From positions 40,116,213-40,180,212 of the forward strand of contig NC_068989.1 of the NCBI RefSeq assembly GCF_001194135.2: a stretch of DNA of 64,000 nt, in the 5' to 3' direction. This DNA comes from Octopus bimaculoides (taxonomy: Eukaryota). Below the pieces are notes generated by a model, which saw only the letters and a program-made list of their open reading frames with translations, did no database searches and was not told the DNA's origin. The first letter of the stretch is position 1. Each line of letters begins with the position of its first letter. Positions 25,542-38,176 of this stretch are shown here, piece after piece. The translations under genes and the position numbers were made by a program.

Positions 25542-26842
25542 TACGAGGAGTTATAATAAAAACAATTTTACTTTCATCTGAAGGATTACTCAATACTTAT
25601 TGTAAAGTACGTATTTATTTTACTGCTATAAGAAAACTGGTCAAAATGACTTCGAAGTTTCGAAGTGTTACCCTTTATTGGACTCTCCCTTGCGGTCCAC
25701 ACACTTCTTCTATCAGTGATGTAGTGCTTGGATCCTATTGGTGAAGAAACTTTCATCCTGCAGCTCAAAGATGTCATCAACAGCAGATATGACGTGATCA
25801 ACATTGCGATAATGGTTCCCAGTAAAGTGTTTCCATGTTGAGGAAAGTGTTTCTTAGTTGTGGCCAATTAAGAAAAAAAGGGGAATTGGTCAACCAGTTC
25901 AAAGCTACACTCATGTACAACAGCCATTGCAACCAAGGGCTTGTGTGCTGGAGCATCGTCTTAATGAAACAAAACCCCTTTCGTCAGTTTTCCCGAGTTT
26001 TTGATGTTGATAGCCTTTCATATCTGCCTCAGCAAGTTGGTACAGACCTCTGCATTGATGGTGTGGCCTTTTTGAAGAAAGTCAATAAGCACAATGCCTT
26101 TTGCATCCCCCAAAATTAGGCCATCAACTTCACAGCAAATGAAACGACTATGGCCTTTTTCGGAGCAGGTGAATAGGGGAGAGGGTGTATCCGCTGCTTG
26201 AATTGTCTCTTTGTCTATGGCTCAAAGTAATGAACCTAACACTCATCCTGCCCTGGGAAACCAGCTTGATCTGCATCAAACGATATAAGATTTTACCGTG
26301 ACGTGATCATCCTGCCATGTCCATTGTGTACAATATTCTTAACTCTCGCACGGGATATGCTGATCGCAGTGGCTAACTGACTTATAGTCCATCGCCTATC
26401 ATCCATCACCACACGATGAACACTATCAACATTTTTCACGGTGGAGTCAGTTGGAAAACATTTAGACATTGGATCATCTTCAAGACTCTTCCCCTCTTAA
26501 ATTCAACTGCCCATATTTGCACTGTTGATAAAGCTAGAGTTTCATCCTCTAATGTAACAACCATGTCAGTATAAATGTCCTTGGGGGCTAAACCATTTTC
26601 CTGCAGGTACTTGATAACACCAGGACGCCAAATTTCGTTCCTATTCAAAAGAAGTCGCTACTAGTTACTTTTGAAGTCTTCTTTGAACATTCAGATGTCA
26701 ATTTAGCCGGAAAGAAACAATGTAGTTATTAAGATGAGTTGTAATTAATTTCACAGCTGCAGCACAATTCCACATGCAAGATTTCCCAGCTCTGGCATAA
26801 TTCCTCCCATTCAGTCAATGAAATTTTCAGCCCACCCACGTA
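25542..26842 (-). mobile_element. degenerate, approximately full-length (~1.3 kb) mariner element
   Basis: Minus strand: MNRNEIWRPGVIKYLQENGLAPKDIYTDMVVTL...WAVEFKRG; KGVLFH*DDAPAHKPLVAMAVVHECSFELVD; GNHYRNVDHVISAVDDIFELQDESFFTNRIQALHH**KKCVDRKG. Right end reads TACGTGGGTGGGCTGAAAAT; left end TACGAGGAG is a weak match. Confidence 0.8.
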
Positions 26843-27426
26843 GCTAAAGCATCTCCAAACGAAAACCATTGGTATAAGACGCTGAATAGCAGATTAATGA
26901 AATGTATGAATTTAAACAAACCGAAATGGTGTCTAGGGAGGAGAGAAATATACTGCAATATAATAGCCTTCATTAGAAAGATAATAAGAGAGAGATAGAG
27001 AGACAGACAGACAGAGAAAGAGAGAGAGGGGGAAATGAGAGAGAGGAAGGGAGGGGAAGAGATACCGAGAGAGCGAGTTGTGGCTGGAAAATAATGCCAA
27101 GTATTTCTGTTTAGACACAACCACGACACGATGGATGCGAAATTGATTTCGGATAAAACTGAATATCGTATTTATTCATTCATATTTATTCCCATGAGTA
27201 TGTGATTCATTGTATATTGTTTTTTTTCGGGGTATCGTTATACAATATCCATTTTGTGGGCGCTGTTGAACTATCGATTTTGTCTAGATCACAGCGCGAC
27301 GTAAAAATGACATAAAGAAGAAAAAATATAAAATCTGTAACAATGTTTTTTCTTTTACTTTGTCTTTTCCTCGGTAGAGTGCAGAACAAACATCATCAAG
27401 TAGCAGAAATTTCATACATACATACA

Positions 27427-27462
<36 letters not shown>

Positions 27463-27639
27463 TATATATCATGAACTAACCATTACTTTCTCAGATGCAA
27501 CAGGATGTTTTATCAGTGAACAGATCACAGTTTACAAACGACGAAAATATTTCGACACAAATAAAATTTCAATGTTGAAGTAAAACTAATGATTTTTGTG
27601 TGCTCTTGAATGGCTTACAAACATCTTCTACGCTGCAAT

Positions 27640-28480
27640 CTTTCTATTGTCAACAGGACAATTTATACCAAAACGATAACGCCGTCACATTTTGTATATG
27701 ACTGCATCTGTCTGCGAGTGTATGTGTGTATGTGTGTATGTGTATGAGCGTGCATATGTCTCAGTGTCTATGTTTTTCCGCGTTAAGTACGTTATTAAAC
27801 ATACACACATCTACACATACGTATACATATATAACGGTACGTTATTAAACGCACACACACACATCAACACATACATATCCATATATGACGATTGACATGC
27901 TTGAATATATGACAGTGTGTGTCTCTATTTTACTATATGTAAGTGAGGGCTGGTCAATGTCAATAGGAAATTTTATTTTCATTTCGATTAAAACAATATA
28001 ACATTTCTTAGAGATAATTTTTCTACTGTCAACAAGACATTTTGTTCCACGACAACGACATCACATTTTGTACATGACTGTGTATCTGTCTGTGAGTGTA
28101 TATGTGTAAGTGTATGAATGTGTACATGTCTCATAGTATGTGTGTCTTTCTGCGTTAAGTACGCTATTAAAGATACACACATCTACAGATACATATACAT
28201 ATGTAACGACTGACATGTGTGAACGTATGTCTCTGTGTGGCTATCTTTGTATATGCATGTGAGTATATGTCGGGAACATTTTATACCACAACGACGACGA
28301 TGTCACACTTTGTATATGAGTGTATATCTGTCTGTAAGTGTATGAGTGTATATGTGTCTTTGAGCGTGTATGTGTCTTTGAGTGTGTGTGTTTCCATGTT
28401 ACGTATGTTATTAAGCACACACATCTACACTTACATATACATATGTGACGTCTGACAGGCCTGAATATATGTATGTGAGT
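27640..28480. repeat. three diverged tandem copies of a ~200-bp block
   Basis: CATTTT(A/G)T.CCAC.AC.ACGAC..TCACA.TTTGTA.ATGA...ATCTGTCTG..AGTGTAT...TTAAGTACG.TATTAA...ACACACATCTACA recurs at ~27655, ~28035 and ~28275. Confidence 0.7.
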
Positions 28481-29281
28481 TCTAGAGGTGAAACACTTGA
28501 AAAGAAAAATCAATGAGGTGGTAATGTCCAAGGTATATACAAAAATACACATTTACTGTTCCGTTACCAGTTGATAATTATCGCAGCAGTTGCAAGGTTG
28601 TAAGGTACTTACAGTTACATGGTTACCCTTACATTAAGAAACTTATCCTATATATGTATAATTCTTTGTCTCTCTGTTATAATTATTGTGAAATTAATCG
28701 CTAAATTAGTAATTCCATATATGTGCTTCTATTTTGGTCATTTGCTTATATTTCGTTATTTACACTGCTTACAAAAATACACACATATGATATACATACC
28801 ACGCGGTCACCCATTGTGCCTTTTTTTTCAAGTAATTGATTACTACATATTCTCATGTGACTGCAGAGGCTCACTTTATGTCTCTTATTCTGCAGTCACA
28901 CCAATGTCAACTCTTTGTCTTCTGCAACATTTCAACAGTTCACTTCTCCGTTGCCGCTTCCCATTGCTGCCCATTTCCGGAATGTACCCATTTACGTACA
29001 ATATCTTCATTACTCCTCCATTCATTTGACTGTCAACCATACGATGGGTCGTGTTTGATGCACCGCTGACCGCCTCAAAGGCGAGTATATCTACTGACAG
29101 CTTTTCGGTGGGTTAAAAAATTACATACCCACCATTCCCAATCTTCAGTGATAGATTAAGGCATGGAATCCTCCAAACGGGCGTATTATATATAGCTTAG
29201 TCGAATTAGCCTATCATTTACTCCTCAAATATTTTGACGTCAATGCTATATTTACCAGTATCACCTGTTTCAACATAACTG

Positions 29282-29282
<1 letters not shown>

Positions 29283-29324
<42 letters not shown>

Positions 29325-29367
29325 CTATACCATTTTAATCCCGAGCAACGCCGGGTATCTCTACCAG
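29283..29367 (+). mobile_element. short Helitron-like 3' end after (TA)n
   Basis: Hairpin CCCG-AGCAACGC-CGGG at 29340-29355, followed within ~10 nt by CTACCAG (degenerate CTRR terminus). Confidence 0.45.
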
Positions 29368-29399
29368 ACCTCTATAAAAAGCTAAAGTGTACATTCCAC

Positions 29400-30382
29400 T
29401 CATTGCACAGTCCGATTGGCTGAGGGTTGTGAATGCTTGAAGACATTCCACTTTCCAAATGCTCTCCCACGGTCTTTTTTAGCAAGGACTGCAGCTCTGT
29501 TAAAGAGACTACTTGCGGAAATACGTGTCTGGCGGACGACGACCACACCAGTTCACCATCAAGGAAGTACTGGAGATATTGTAACTTCAACGCATGTCTG
29601 TGCATCATCAACCACAGCATACATAGGAGACCATGTAGCAGGTGCTGACAGCGGATAGACCGTCTGACCATCGGGACGCGTCCCTTCCGCAAGAAGTGAA
29701 AGAGTATACGCTCCAGTGTAATCAGTAGCTAGAACAAGGCACGACGATCAAGCAATAGTAGATGACGGACGCGATATACGCGTTAGCCACCTCTGTCCGA
29801 CCTTTTAGGGATAGCTTTCTCTCGGGACCATTTCTGGGTGAGAGTAGACACATTGCTTGTTACCTTATCCCAGTTTTCGTCCATCTGGAGGTCCAGCAAT
29901 TTAACTGGTCTGTCCAGCGGTACGACTCGCATCTCCCGCATCCTAAGCCTCACGGGATGTTTTCAGCGCCTCTAGTTTGTGTAGTAGTGGCCCGTGTGTC
30001 AGTACGTACAAGAGAGATGAGAGGGGGCAACCTTGCTGGACCGAGTGCATGATGTTAAACGGTTCTGAGAGGTGACCGTTCTTTCTAACCACTGAACAGA
30101 CGTCGCTGTGTTTCCAGCGATCCAGCCCTGCATACAGGCCCCAAACCAGGTTCTTTAGTCATTTTCTCTTTCATGTATTGCATGAGGTGGAGGTAGTCGT
30201 GGATGGATCTTTTCAGGAGGTCACATATCTGTGCCTCTTCTACCAGATCCCCGACAACAAGCGCCAACCTCGTAGTAACAATTTGGTCGAAAGTTTGAAC
30301 TCTGCATTCAGCAGAATTATGGGCCTAAAGGTGTCATTAAAATCCCCTTGTTCGGGTATTTTCTCAGCAACGCCACCGCTTA
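29400..30382 (-). mobile_element. L1/Tx1-like non-LTR retrotransposon RT fragment (internally deleted)
   Basis: FRPIILLNAEFKL; ALVVGDLVEEAQ...RSIHDYLHLM; NGHLSEPFNIMHSVQQGCPLSSLLYVLT; downstream WLMMHRHALKL...FLDGELVWS...FPQVVSLTELQS. Confidence 0.85.
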
Positions 30383-30400
30383 ATAATAATAATAATAATA

Positions 30401-30432
<32 letters not shown>

Positions 30433-30600
30433 AATAATTTCATTTATTTGCCAGAAGGGCGAAAGATGAGGGAAACAATACAGAGACAGACATAAAGCGT
30501 TGGGGGTTACATATAATAATGCAATGATTAAAAAAAAGTAAGTATACACGGTATATATTGAAACAGAAGGAGGGGCATGTGCATAGCATACAAAGGTTAA
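30383..30600 (-). mobile_element. (TAA)n(GAT)n tract plus a probable LINE 3' UTR
   Basis: Minus strand reads ...TGTATTGTTTCCCTCATCTTTCGCCCTTCTGGCAAATAAATGAAATT-(ATC)n(ATT)n, a pyrimidine-rich UTR with AATAAA ending in a trinucleotide tail. Confidence 0.45.
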
Positions 30601-30739
30601 AAAGAAACAAGGACGGGGAGGATCAGAGAGATGTGACCCTTCTAATTCAGGAAGGCCTCTAATGATAATCGAGGAACCTCACTGTCCGAGATTTCACTGA
30701 AACACTAGGAGCAAGTGTCCTCTCCAATTCCTTCATAAT

Positions 30740-31657
30740 AAATCTTTTTATCATAGGCGCAATGTCTGAAATTTTAGAGGCGGGATGCAGTCGATTAGAT
30801 CGACACCAGTACGCAATTGATACTTAATTTATAAGCCCTGGAATGATTGAAAGGCAAAATCTACCTCGGCGAAATTTGAACTTAGAACGTAAAGATGGAC
30901 GAAATACTGCTAAGCATTTTGCCCGGCGTGCTAACGATTCTGCCAGCTAGTCGCTTTAATAATTATTATCTCAAATTTTTGCCACTAGGCCAGCTTAGGG
31001 GATGTGGCCATTTTTCGACCCCAGTGCGTAGCTGGTACTTATTTAATCAACCCCGAAAAGATGAAAGGAACAGTCGACTTCGGTGGAATTTGAACTCAGA
31101 ACTCAGAGGTCGACTTTGTCTTTCCTCCTTTTGCAATCGATAAAACGACTGCAAGCTGAGCACTGGGGTCAAAATAATCCACATTTCCCCTCCCCTGATA
31201 TTGCTGACCTCGTGCCAAAACTATAAATCATTATTATCATTGGAGCTGGTAGGACCAATAGGAGAGTGGACGAAATGCTTTTCGACATTTCGTCCGTCTT
31301 TATATTCCAAATTCAAACTCCGCCGATGTCGACTGTATCAAATCTTTCTACTATGATTGGAATAACTCAGACCTTCCTGCCGTGCCATATTCCTTCAGTC
31401 TCAGTCCACTAGACTTGGTATATGTCAATCTTATTCTTTTCTTCTCAGTCACGAGAAATGCCACATCTACCAAGAGAAACATTCTATCTTTGGTTCTTTG
31501 GTAGATTTTCTCATAACTTTGTCACTCAGTTATTGCTATTTCCCCCTTTGAACAATATTTCAGGCCTCGAGTCTATAGTAGAAAGGATCATTATTATTTT
31601 TGTTGTTGCCGCTTAGCATTTTGTCCGGTGTGCTAACGATTCTGCCAGCTAGCCGCC

Positions 31658-31658
<1 letters not shown>
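30740..31658. mobile_element. cluster of SINE family A copies (minus ~30740-30956, minus ~30968-31102, plus ~31103-31240, plus ~31268-31333, minus head ~31606-31658)
   Basis: Matches to the family A consensus; 31606-31658 is only the 5' head, GGCGGCTAGCTGGCAGAATCGTTAGCACACCGG. Confidence 0.8.
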
Positions 31659-31742
<84 letters not shown>

Positions 31743-31758
31743 TAATAATAATAATAAT
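31659..31758. repeat. (TAA)n microsatellite, ~33 units
   Basis: Directly visible. Confidence 0.97.
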
Positions 31759-33964
31759 GGAAAGCGCCTGGTCCAGATGAGGTTTAGTGCTTTTGGCTTT
31801 AAAGCATCACAGTTCTGCACAGGAGAATTGCGAGACAGCTGGACGAAATACTGAGTAGTGACATCCAAGTACTGGCCTGGATGACAAAAGGAAGAACGGT
31901 ACTATGCCAAAAGAACCCAAGTAAAGGGAATGCGTTTGGAAATTTCGGACCAATATCTTATTTGACACCGATGTGGAAACTGATGAGGGCCATCATATCG
32001 AACAGCATCTATAAGTACCTAGATGAGAATGACCTACAACCAATGGAACGAAAAGGGTGTAAACGTAAGATCAGAGGAACGAAGGATCAATTACTAATCG
32101 ATAAGATCATCCTGATTGACTGTAAAAGGAAACACAAAATTTTGGCGATGGCATGGGTGGACTACAGGAAAGTATATGACATGGTGCCACACTTGTGGAT
32201 TATTGAATGCTTTAAATTGCTTAAGGTCTCCCACAATATCCTGAAGTGAATACAAAACTCAATGGTAACGTTGTGAACTGAACTCACAGCATGGGGAGAT
32301 AAGGTGGGAGAGGTAAATGTCAAAAGAGGAATCTTTCAAGGGGACAGGCTGTCGCTTCTCCTCTTTGTTGTCTGCAGCATTTTAAGAAAGATGCGTATCG
32401 TGTACATGCTAGGCAGGGTGAAAGTAAACAACCTGTGGTTTATGGATGACCCAAAGCTATTTGCTGAGCCTGAGAAATAAGTTAAGAGTTTGACGGCGAC
32501 TATGCAGATGATTAGTAAAGATATTGGCATGGAATTTGGGACCGATAAATGTAGTGTAATGATTCTCAAAAGGAGGAAATTCAGTAAAAGCCATGGTATC
32601 AAGCTGGAAAGTGGCAAAACTATAAAGGAAGTCGGAGAGAAAGGATATAAGTACCTGGGTATCATGGAAAGAGATAAGATGAATGAACACAAAAGAGAGA
32701 AATGTACAAGGAGTATTTGAGGAGAATTCGACTTGTGCTAAATGGTCGCTGTAAGACTAGAGCAATTAACACGTGGGCGGTTGCTTTGGTGAGATATGGG
32801 GCAGGAATAGTATCTTGGAAGAAGAATGAATTACTAGAGATAGACCAGAGAACATGTAAATTAATGACAATGAACGAGGAAATACACTCCAAGATTGACG
32901 TGTGCAGATTGTGTGTAAGAGGAAAGAAGTAGGACGGGGATTGGTGTGTTGTGAATGTTGTGTAAGAGAAGAGGAGAATATCCTGGCTTGGTATGTCAAA
33001 GTGAGTAAAGAAGAAATGATTGAATCAGTGAAAATACAGGGAACCTTAAAAGTGAACGAAGCCGTAGATTCAACACGATTTTAAAAAGACCAGAGAGAGC
33101 AGATGACGAAAATTTGGCAGGACAAGAAAATTCACAGTCAGTTCTTGAAGAATAAAGATGAGATTGATTGGAATAGAACTTGGCAATGGTTGCAGAGAGG
33201 AGACTTTAAAGGACCCACTGAGGCATTAGTGTACAGCACTCAAGAACAAGCTCTCAGAAGAAACTACTCCAAATATCATATTGATAAAAGCACCGATTCG
33301 CCACAGTGTAGGATGTGCTCTGAGAAGGGAGAAAGTATAAGCCATATTGTTTATACAAACGCGAATACAAAAGGAGACACGGCAATGTGACCAGATATGT
33401 CCACTGGCTGTGTGCGGTGAAGCAAACTTCAAGAAGCCGAACAATGGTATGAACACAAGCCAGAAGGAGTAATGGAAAAAGAACGTTACAAAATACTCTG
33501 GGATTTTAACATACAGTGCGCCCAAGTCATAGAGGCGAGACGGCCAGATATCGTGATCATCCATAAAGATGAAAAAGAAGCAAAGATGATAGATTTTGCA
33601 ATACCAGGCGATTCGAGGGTGAAATGTAAGGAAATAGGAAAGAGTGAGAAATACCAGCCACTGCAGGACGAGATAGGAAAGTTATGGGACATAGGGAAAG
33701 TAATAGTGATACCAGTTGTAATTGGAACATTAAGAACAGTTTCTAAGAGCTTTGAAAAACATATTAAGAATATTGGAACTGCTGTCAGGCTCGAAGTGAT
33801 CCAGAAGACAGCATTGTTGGGTACAGCTCACATTCTAAGGAGAGTATTGTTTCTTTGAGTCGCAGAAGGCACTACTTGTAACCTGTGGTGATTTCTTATT
33901 GCCTGCTTTCAAGTAAAGAACAAGCGGTAATTAAGAACTATCCGAGTGTCTTTCAGGATAATAA
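31759..33964 (+). mobile_element. R4/Dong-clade non-LTR retrotransposon (RT + CCHC + RLE), 5'-truncated, degenerate
   Basis: WKAPGPD; KGCKRKIRGTKDQLLIDK; AWVDYRKVYDMVPH; RGIFQGDRLS; FMDDPKLFA; YKYLG; CRMCSEKGESISH; ILWDFNIQ...RRPDIVII...IDFAIPGD...KYQPL; KTALLGTAHILRRVL*. The 3' UTR ends TTTCAGGATAATAA. Confidence 0.92.
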
Positions 33965-34163
33965 ATGTATGTTTCGTTCAACATCCTTAAAACAATCCTT
34001 ATTCAAGCACCTTTTGAGATGGTGGGCTACTCGACATGCAGAAAATACTAACTGGGCACCTCCTGCCAGGTCATGCCCTGTTTGTCTTGATATGAAATCA
34101 CCATGTCGCGCACATATGATTGTGATGCATGTGCCTAATATACTCTTATCAGACGGATAGTCC
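33965..34163 (+). mobile_element. internal fragment of the ~555-bp non-coding element E
   Basis: Reverse complement aligns to ~59080-59280 (CCGTCTGATAAG...GCATCACAA.CATATGTGCG.GACATGGTGATTTC.TATCAAGA...GAGTAGCCCA). Confidence 0.8.
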
Positions 34164-35881
34164 TGATATATATATATATATATATAGAATAAGAATAAGC
34201 TAATCTTCCTAAAATCATAGCTTGCCATTCTTTAAAAAAACATAGTTAAAAGACAAGGAAAGTCAGAATAGTCGTCTATATAATCATCTTTGGTCATATG
34301 ATTTTTTGTTCTCGAGTGACCTGGAGATATACTACACACGTAACAATTCAAGAAAAATGAAATGCAAAGACGCCATCGGCGGCAAATGATCTCGTATCGT
34401 AAAAAGGTGAAAACAATACTGCAAGAACTTTCGTCTGCAATTCTACCGTTTCTTTCACCCATCACAAACATCACTTCCCGTGTATTCTCAATCGAAATCG
34501 ATTGCTAACATTTCTGAATGAGACTGCTATTTTCTATGTTGAAAGAATCTCTATTCCTCTAAGGCTAAGAGATAAAATATTCTTTACTGAATACATTCAG
34601 GTATTAACGTTTGTTTCGTGCTCAGATATACAGCTTAGAATTTTGGATAGCATTGATGTTAACGTGTGAATGTGTGTGTGTGGTTGTGTGTGTGTGTGTG
34701 TGTGTGTGTTTAGAATCTATATTAATGTATATAAAATGATACAGGAAAACGAGCAGCATAAAACGTTATTTGGCCCATATCACCAGAGAGATGTCAAGAA
34801 GACTATATCACATTAACTATAAAACTTCATTGATAAGCCCACGAAGAAGTTAAGAACGGATATAGCAAAAGATTGGAGGAATAATAATGAGCGATGGAAT
34901 CATATTATATATTTTTTGTTAATATACATTGAATGTTATTAAATGAGAGGTATAAATGGAATTTAAGTGATTTTAGAATCCAAAACAAAATTGAATTAAT
35001 TCTCATTTTGAATCTAATGTCTATTGTTTGTAGCTGGCATCATAAAGACAGGACAGCCAAGTAGATATGTACAGGGCTATTGAGTCGTGTTTAAATCACG
35101 TTGCTGGTGTTGTGTAGTATTCTTAGATAAAATATATTTTACAACGGGAATTGTTATCATTCTGATATTCTTTTTTTTTTGCAGCACGCAGTATCTGCCC
35201 CCCTTAAAATAGAAGAAGCACCTCAAATAGATTTCAACATATAATAAAGAATGAGGTGCCCAAGTCTGGAATATCTTTGTTTAGATAGTTACTTGTTCAC
35301 TGAGAACTACAACAACAGCAGCAATAATAAGGATGTCAACAAAACAACGATGGCAACAAGTTAATTCTTTATTTCAGTTCTAAACATAAATGTCATGAAT
35401 AGGTGCCGGGTCCCATTATGGATGTTATGTTGTTGTTGTTGGTGGTGGTGGTGGGGAGTCGGCAAGATTGGACGTCTCAAACACCAGTTGCTGACGACAG
35501 TTCGCACTAGATAAATGAAATTTAACCTCTGATCAGAACCGGACCCTCAGAAAAAGTAGATCAGAAGCGAACTACTGCCGTCTCTAGCAGACGAGGTGTC
35601 CTATACTGAAGAGAGGGAGAAATAGCCTGAAACCTGAATAGTTTCGTTGCTAGAAATTGGTAAGGGTTCACTCCCTTGCTAGCAATATCTCGAATGCAGC
35701 TGTGCATCGGTAACCAGCTAGAGGAGATATCCTCTTGGGGCTAAAAATCGCAGTAAAGTTCGATCGAACGGACAACCGTGTTGAAGTGGCTACGAACAAT
35801 ACTTATGTATCTGAATAAAATCCAGATGTGTATCTATATATATGTATGTATATGTGTGTGTGTATATATATATATATATAT

Positions 35882-37000
35882 CTGTAAATAATAGGTGACA
35901 ATTATTCGGTAGCCATGATAAAACTCCGAGCTTCGGATGTCGGGGCGGAAACCAACGACTGTATCGGACCATCAAAAAAAATGCTATGAAAATGACCGTT
36001 AAACAAAGGGAAATTACTGTGTGATTGACCGTTATTAAGACAAAAGAGCTATTAGAATGACCGCTAAGTAAAGGGTGGGAGTAAAGGTAAGGGAGTAAAA
36101 ATGTCCATAGCATTCGCGTAAGCGCACAAGTCCATACATACACATGCGTGCCCGAATACCCGCGAACATGCGCCTATATTTATATATTCATCCACCCTCA
36201 CTTGAAACACACACATGCTCACCCACACATTCGCCAAAAAATATATACATACCTGCATACACGCTCGCACACATACACATACACACACAGACGAACAAAA
36301 AAGTTCATACACACGTCTATATACGCACATGTTCAAGAAAAACGGCTAAAGGCAAAATACAGAAAAAAGTGTAAAAAAGTGCAAGAAAACAATAAGAGTA
36401 AAGCACGTCTATATACACACAATGTAAGTTAAAAATATAGAGATAAAAAGCTTGTATGTGGACACAATATAGAAAGCAAGTCCTATCTGTAATCTCGGAG
36501 TGGGGGGACCAAAAACGTAACAAATATTTAGCCACATGTGGACATGATCCGAAAATTTCAGTTCTTGAATTTAGACATGCTGCTTTTCCAGATGAGCCAT
36601 CTTTCTACATCACAAAGACCGCACTTTCCGCTGCCGTTGGTGTAGGGCTTACATTTGGCTAAGATCTTCCAATGGATATTGTAACTGACACCTTCATCTT
36701 TTAAGGACCGTATACGACTGGATAATTTGGGCGTTTTCTTTTTATCCCAGTGCCTGAAGCTCAACGTGTGATCATTGAACCTGGCCTTGAAATTACCCTC
36801 TGTAATGCCTACGTATTTCTTCGTAGAAACTGTGTTGTTAGTGGATATAGAGTTATTAGTCTCTAAGTTATTAGTCCTTTCCACATAGACGACATTCTGA
36901 GTACTTTGTATTTTAGGATTCACATTTCCTATTTCCAGGTTATTTGTGGAATTACCACTGGTCATCAGTTTTATTGGTTGTCAAACCATAGTTCCTATCC
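35882..37000 (-). mobile_element. Penelope-like element 3' fragment (GIY-YIG endonuclease plus 3' non-coding part)
   Basis: ORF 36558-36965: QNVVYV...KKYVGITEGNFKARFNDHTLSF...HWKILAKCKPY...KCGLCDVERWLI, then NSRTEIFGSCPHVAKYLL. The 3' side abuts (TA)n at ~35881. Confidence 0.8.
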
Positions 37001-37487
37001 TGATACTTAGTTGTGTTACTTATGGTTTGTCAGCTCATGTTGACACTGTTGCTATTTATTGATCTATAATTATAATTCTGGTTATTATTATTGCTATTGT
37101 TCATACGGAATCTGTTAAATTTACTATCGTTTTGTGTTGCTATAATTTATGCTAGATTTTATTTATTTTCCGAAGGAAATTATATACCATTCAATATAGC
37201 TAGAGTTATACACGTTACTGAGGTATGTATTTCTATTTCTACCAAGGCCTTTTCAAAAGTTATCAATTTATCTGGTTCTTGTTACAGCATTGGGTTTGAT
37301 TTCTATTATATTTGACATTTATCAATTATTTGTGTATTACTATTTATAGATTTTATGCATTGTTTACCTACCCTATTTGAATGGGACCTCTTAGTAGGTA
37401 CATTTATATCTAAGCCACTTTGTACTTTATTTGGCACATATTCGAATAAATCTGTATCTTCTTTTTATTTCAATAAAATAAATTCCA

Positions 37488-37580
37488 CTTGAGCACTGTT
37501 GGCGATATAATCGACTTACTCCCTCCCACGAAATTACTGAACATGTACCAAAATTTGAAACCGCTATTATCTTTATTATT
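37488..37580 (+). mobile_element. 3' fragment of SINE family A
   Basis: GAGCACTG...GATATAATCGACTTACTCCC...GTACCAAAATTTGAAACC-(ATT-rich tail). Confidence 0.65.
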
Positions 37581-38106
37581 ATCATTATTATATAAAATAC
37601 ATTATTACTACCATGTGAAATTCCCAACCATACATTATTTTAAATGTGTTTAAGCCTCAGCGAACTATTAGAACTGGAATTATACTTAAGTGTATTTAAT
37701 CGACAGGAGTGTCTTCTAAGTAGCTAACCTATACTAAAGCTGTAAACAATTGCCGTTATATTCCGTCATCATCAGCTAGTATCTAATAAATCATTGACGC
37801 CATTATAATAACAAAAATGTTATGGATTTAACCCTTCATCTTGTTCTCAAAATGTGTAATTTTCCGTCAAAGTTAGAAACTAAGATGACTATTAAATTTA
37901 AGTTGTTACCATTAACTAGGAATTATGATTGATTTGTGACGGATTGGTTACCCCGGCGTCTATAAATCCCTTCAATACATTCATCGAACTGTAGTTAGGC
38001 TCCATTCAATTGCAATTTGCTTCAAGAATATTTGGAATGCATTAGAAGTGGGAGGTATCAACCGTCATAATTCACGAGATCCGTTCAATATTCATTGAAA
38101 GTGAAT

Positions 38107-38113
38107 GGCGTAC

Positions 38114-38176
<63 letters not shown>

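Noticed and set aside
35893-35965. Hammerhead-like ATGATAA-CTCCGA..TCGGGG-CGGAAAC on plus
   Set aside because: Core mismatches, no stems I or III, and antisense to the adjacent Penelope ORF.
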